A stretch of DNA of 63,148 bases, the filler included, from Collodictyon triciliatum (taxonomy: Eukaryota): the NCBI GenBank assembly GCA_043381765.1. It is 16 parts of 16 records of this genome, joined end to end, with 100 filler letters (N's around TTAATTAATTAA, not from the genome) between each part and the next. Parts side by side here need not be neighbours in the genome. Positions count along the whole stretch, not along the records: positions 60,496 to 63,148 come from JBHJMP010006950.1; 15 more parts are not named here. One strand, written 5' to 3'. The notes beneath the pieces are model-generated. The model saw nothing but the letters and a program-made list of their open reading frames with translations. It did not search any database and was not told where the DNA came from. How positions within the stretch are numbered: position 1 is the stretch's first letter; each line of letters begins with the position of its first letter. A program made the translations under genes and the position numbers. Of this stretch, positions 60,671 through 63,148 are shown in pieces.

Positions 60671-62985
60671 ATAAAAAGGAATGGACCCTGCTAAATCCAA
60701 GCGGGAAGAGACCGGCTCCACGACATTCACACACTGCTGTTGTATTCCAGGATTCAATGTTCATCTTTGGTGGCATTTCGCGGCAATCACAGCTATTGAA
60801 CGATATTTGCATTTATAACATCACGAGAAATCAGTGGGTTGAAAAACAGGTTTCAGGAGAAATTCCATCAGCTAGGTCAGCATTCTTGTCTCCCTTTTCT
60901 TTTCCACTATCAATCTAAAAGCCTCTTCTCACTTCCAACAAAGCACAGTGAAAAACTTTTTAACAATGTTTGTAAACAGGTGGGGCCACTCATCAGTCAT
61001 TATCGGTGACCGAATGTATGTTTTCGGAGGCCTTACCCACCGAGATGAGTACCTCTGCGATATTTATTCTTTTGCATTTGGTAAGAGAAATTCCTCACTG
61101 CAATATGAATCCCATCATTTCCGTAATTCCATGGAATAATTCAAATAATGAAAACCGAATCTTAAAGAAAATACTGAACAAAAATTTCTGGTACTTTTTT
61201 TTTATTCCTTTATTCGATTCAAGGGAATGAAGGGAAAAATTATTATCCTTGTTCTCTCCTCTTTTTCGCTCAATTTTAAAATCCCTGCATCATTTTACAG
61301 ATACGTGCGTCTGGAAAAAAGTACAAACCAGAGAACCGTCGCCTCGTCCGCGTCATTTTCACACATGCATAGCTCACAAAACTAGTTTCTTTGTATTTGG
61401 TGGTTATGGCACATCCGATGTGAAAAATGACTTCTGGGAGTTTGAAGTAGGTATGTAGTGTCCAATTTTGCCTTTAAAGTAGCAGAATCATGCTGTAGTT
61501 TCTAAATATTCTCTCTGCCTCTCTTTTCACATAGTATAATTCAGAGCAAAAAGTGTATTCTTTTTTCAAAAAAAAGATAGGGAAATTTTAATTCTCTTCC
61601 CATTAAATCTATTTTGAAACTCGTCAGATTCGGGAACATGGGTCGAGCTACCCTTGGCGCCACGAACACCATCGAATCGAAGAGGCGTTTGTTTTCATTT
61701 TCTTCAATTTTTTTTTAAAAAGAATGATAAAGTTTCTGTCATCATACTTGTGAACCATTATTCCGATTTTGTATTTATATTTTGCGTATCCATTTGGATT
61801 CATGCAGCATTCTGCTGTCAAATACGGAAATACGATGTATATTTTTGGGGGCAGAGAACAATCCATGTTGAAAGATATCTTCAAATACGATTTCGGTTGG
61901 TTGAATAATCATACAATCGATTTCCGCTTCATTTTTTCTTCTTTTTTTTTAATCGACCATTTTCCAGTTGCAACTCCGTTTACTGTAAGAAATTTATGTG
62001 TTCTCCTATCCGTATAATGAAGCGTTTCTTCCCGTTGTATGCCCAAAATCTCGCACCCTTTTTTTTTTACTTTTTTATTTGACCAACCTTGACGACATCA
62101 GTGACTGGGATATGGAATGAAGTATACCCCAAAGGGAACTTCACACCAAAGCACTTCCACTCATCGGTGGTATATGGGCACGTTATCTATGTCTTTGGTG
62201 GTGTGTCTGACAAAAGGAACTTGAGTGACTTTGACTCTCTGGACCTGGCTGAAGAGGACCAAGATTTCCCGACCCCAAGTCCTTCGCGCACTCTTTTCCC
62301 ATCCTCATTCCAATCGTCAGAGTCATTATTCAGCCAAAAAGCCGTCAGCCCTTCTGTGCTGAGCAAAGTCACCATTCATCTTCCAGATTCATTTTTTTTT
62401 ATATATGTATACAGTCTCGGGTGCTGAAAAAAGCCCAGAAAAAATGGGGATTGAAATAAGTGATCAAATCCCTTGCGTACTGAATTGTTCCCTCTATAGA
62501 TTAGGTTCAAGTGTTGCTTCGAAGGCGAGTTCAGAATCATTGCACTACCTTACAGCTCATCATTTGAGGATTTAAAAAGCCGCCTTTTATCCGAGTACCA
62601 GACAAATCTCATAATTCAATACAAGGTATTATTAGATAGAAACTATTCATTATTTTCTTAAATAAATCCAGATAAATGTTCGATCTAATAATGAAATGTC
62701 AATATTGATGGCTATAATCAAACACTGCGTGATTGAAAGAAACATTGGTTATCTCACCCAAACAATAGGACGAAGAAGGCGACATGGTTACTATTAGGAC
62801 ACAAGAAGACCTTGACGCTGCTCGTGCATCATTTGCAAGCATTCAGGGGACATTCAAAGTATTCCTTTTCTTTTTCTTATTATTATTTTTTTTTTTTGTT
62901 GAATGAGATGACTCTCCATAGTTATTCTTAAATTATTTTGCAGCTCTTTCTCACTCAAGCAAAACCTGTCATGAGTCCCTCAAGT
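60671..62985 (+). CDS. Kelch-repeat protein with a downstream PB1 domain, multi-exon, partial
   Basis: Repeats PAPRHSHTAVVFQDSMFIFGG / RWGHSSVIIGDRMYVFGG / PRPRHFHT..FVFGG; PB1 FKCCFEGEFRII..SFEDLKSRL..IQYK|DEEGDMVTIRTQEDL. Confidence 0.85.
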
Positions 62986-63080
62986 AAGCGGCATTTGAAA
63001 TTATCACCACGGCATTTCATTCATTTCGTCACACACACTTGCATATATGACTGATTTTTGTAGAAATCCTCACTCCGTTG

Positions 63081-63111
<31 letters not shown>

Positions 63112-63148
63112 CGTATTTTTTTTTTTTTAATTTTTTTAAAAATTTTTT

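Overview
This is not one continuous locus. It is 16 short contigs (most about 3.75 kb, most ending in microsatellites) from an intron-rich, AT-rich microbial eukaryote, joined by artificial 100-bp N44-TTAATTAATTAA-N44 linkers, so adjacency across linkers has no biological meaning. Host genes: a RhoGAP 3' end, an R2R3-Myb, Sin3, an LRR-kinase-SAM gene plus a pseudogene paralogue, a cAMP-receptor-like GPCR, an unusual ROC-COR-kinase-SAM-LRR Roco gene, a GluRS 3' end, CYP710/ERG5-type sterol C-22 desaturase, D-2-hydroxyglutarate dehydrogenase, LIS1, a Kelch-PB1 protein and three tRNAs (Asn, Ile, Asp). Three things stand out. (1) Two decayed copies of a ~3-kb element carry a giant-virus-type Fanzor1 (eukaryotic TnpB-like RNA-guided nuclease); the 3' end has a conserved structured omegaRNA-like region and Helitron-type termini (hairpin + CTRR|T). 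(2) One contig is entirely an endogenous Polinton-like virus/virophage (TVpol, A32 packaging ATPase, small basic protein, disrupted major capsid protein) with a shared AT-rich TCTA promoter motif. (3) An LRR-kinase family is built from 69-bp LRR modules with variable copy number and conserved phase-0 introns. Relics of L1/Tx1-like LINEs and possible piggyBac, Helitron and CACTA fragments are also present. All family assignments are by motif recognition by eye; no database search was run.
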